Positions 1 to 64,000 of a DNA stretch of 64,000 nucleotides are shown one piece after another. Below the pieces are notes generated by a model that did not search any database, was not told the DNA's origin, and worked only from the letters and a program-made list of their open reading frames with translations. Source of the DNA: the human T2T-CHM13v2.0 reference genome, Homo sapiens. The translations under genes were made by a program, and so were the position numbers. The first letter of the stretch is position 1. Each line of letters starts with the position of its first letter. The stretch is taken from assembly GCF_009914755.1 (NCBI RefSeq), contig NC_060940.1, one strand, 5' to 3'.

Positions 1-156
1 ATCTTCCTCTAATTAAAAACAAAATAGGAAAAGATAGTACATTGAGTGTCATGTTGAAAATTTAATATACAAAATTGCCAACTCTAGGGGTAATTATTTT
101 CAAAAACTTTTCTTCAAAATAAATTATATAAATCTGATTCTTGTGGTTCATTACAG

Positions 157-61810
<61,654 letters not shown>

Positions 61811-63067
61811 GTATGCATTGGATCATATTTTTAAATCCTCAATTTTAGGTATTCTTTGGTTTCTTGTGTTTGCTTTTTCTTTTGCATTATATTTTGTTTT
61901 CATTATACATAATTCTTCTGTTCCTCAGATTAGCTAAGTAAGTGATCAACTTGGGTTGACAAACATCTCAAATAATCACTCAGAATTCACCTGATCTCCC
62001 CTTTTAGACAAGATGGGGGCTGGCTTGGACATGTGGATGCAATGGGGCTTGCCCACCTGCTCTACTTCTTAGAGCTAAGAAACACAGTGTCCAAGGGCAA
62101 AATCCCAAAGGAGAGTGAGAACTAGATACTAAAGATATACTGCAAGAGTTAGAAACTATACCTACATGAAGAGGTTTGAGATAGAGGGTAGAGCATCAAG
62201 GAATTCTGAGTTGCCAAAGCATAGTTCTCAGTGCTCTGTTTGTAGAATGTCAAAAGGAAGAAGAGTTGGATGAAAGTACAGAAAATAATCTGTAGAGTGG
62301 GGAAAAGGATTTTAAAAGAGATGAGGAATGTCTAATATTTATGAGAGTGTGGTAAAAGGCTAAATGACGCTAAAGCTGTCAGGTAGGATTTGCTGGACTT
62401 GGTAGCTAAGGGGCTTGATGCCTTGATGAGGGCATGAGACAAGGCTTGCTCCAGTGTGTGGGCAATGAAAACCAAAATCCTATATGAGGTCAAGAGTCTC
62501 AAAGGCCAGTAATTACTGACAAACAGCACGGAGAAATAGCAAGGAAATTTATCTCATCACGGACTTTGGGTAAGAAAATTATTGTTTCCCTTGAGAATTT
62601 GTAACCATAGACCCACCTTCTCTTGAGTTCGTGATTTGTCTTTTACTTTATCTGTGTGGTCCAAGAGCCCTCAGTGTAATATAAAAAAGGATCAGTCCTT
62701 TACTGGTAATATATCTAGGGTGCCTGGTAAAAACAAAAAGCACCTGTAAGAAACAGTTCAACCCTGACTATGCACGAGTCCCGAAGATGAAGCCCTGCAT
62801 AAAATGAAGTAAAAACCCCAAGTTTAAAAATATATGAGAAACCATTTACCATGAGTGAATGTTAGCATGCAATAAAGAGTAAGATTAGACCCCTGAGAAT
62901 TTCTGATGTATCTACTGAAATAAAAAAATTCCTATTGAAATTTTTTAAAGTAAATTTGTAAATGATTAAAGACATTAAAGAAAGAACCAGGAACAAAAGA
63001 CAAGATATGATTTTAAAATACTAGAAAGATGTGAAAAAGATGATATTTAACTTTAAAAGTGGGAAAA

Positions 63068-63210
63068 GGCTGAGGGCAGTGTGGCTCACGCCTGTAATCC
63101 CAGCACTTTGGAGGGTAAGGTGGGAGGATCACTTGAGCCCAGGAGTTCAAGACCAACCTGAGCAATATAATGGGACCCCATCTCTAAAAAAAGAGAGAGA
63201 GAAAGAAAAA
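63068..63210 (+). mobile_element. FLAM monomer
   Basis: Left-arm Alu plus A/GA tail. Confidence 0.82.
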
Positions 63211-63783
63211 TGTGGAAAATACATTTATTGATATGTAAAAGTCAACAAACAGGTTAAACATTCTCCTGGAAAAGCAGATAAGACACAGTTCATAAAGGGA
63301 GAAATGATTTGGAAAACAGATGTGAGGAAATTATCCAGTATAGCATAATGGATTCGTCTGGACCAATCAGGAGAGATAACCCAAATAGTCATTTGAACAG
63401 GAAATGTATAATGTAAAGAATTATTAATTATACTATAGTAATAGATTAGTAAAAAATAAAGACTACATTAAAGAATATAGGAATAGCATATAAAAGCAGC
63501 ATCTACCACTCCTAGGGCTCAGATAAAGCTCCCAAGGAAGAGTCCCATCCCTATCAGTGCCAAGATCCAGACTTTGGTAGGAGGATATGGCCATGTCTCA
63601 CTGGATGGCAGAAAAGTTGCTAAAAAGCTACCCGTTGAAACTGGCTGTAAATCTGCCCTGTAAGGTTGCCAAGGAAGATTTTCCTGGGAAAGTGTCTCAC
63701 TGGAAGCACTTCACTCACAAAACCACTCAAGAGGGAGGTTACTGGGAAAAGCTGCTGACCAAGAGTGCTAAAGAAACTGCTCA

Positions 63784-64000
<217 letters not shown>

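Overview
Human genomic DNA (it carries an AluYb8) from the middle of CHD9, a CHD6-9 subfamily SNF2 chromatin remodeller, transcribed on the + strand. I traced 23 consecutive GT-AG coding exons (157..61810, 3351 nt, 1117 codons, every splice phase consistent). They encode the tandem chromodomains, both ATPase/helicase lobes ([25 protein letters not shown]) and the post-helicase region. The gene starts and ends outside the window. The introns are a repeat mosaic: about 35 Alu/FLAM copies, two sense L1PB-type elements (one with a nested L1PA), L2, MIR, MER21 and MLT1 solo LTRs, MER2/MER5/MER20/MER58 DNA transposons and an antisense Y1 RNA retropseudogene. I see no new multi-gene system. The best leads are: (i) an inverted-Alu-bracketed 7-exon circle (1106 nt) whose ORF would cover almost the whole circle and end in a junction-specific C-terminus; (ii) an L1 3' transduction carrying a MIR fragment; (iii) apparent gene conversion between two L1 copies 27 kb apart; (iv) templated-insertion scars in Alus; (v) a truncated, unmutated AluYb8; (vi) splice-site oddities, including architecture paralogous to the CHD7 IVS25 hotspot. 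Repeat subfamily names come from remembered consensus sequences, and old-repeat boundaries are approximate.
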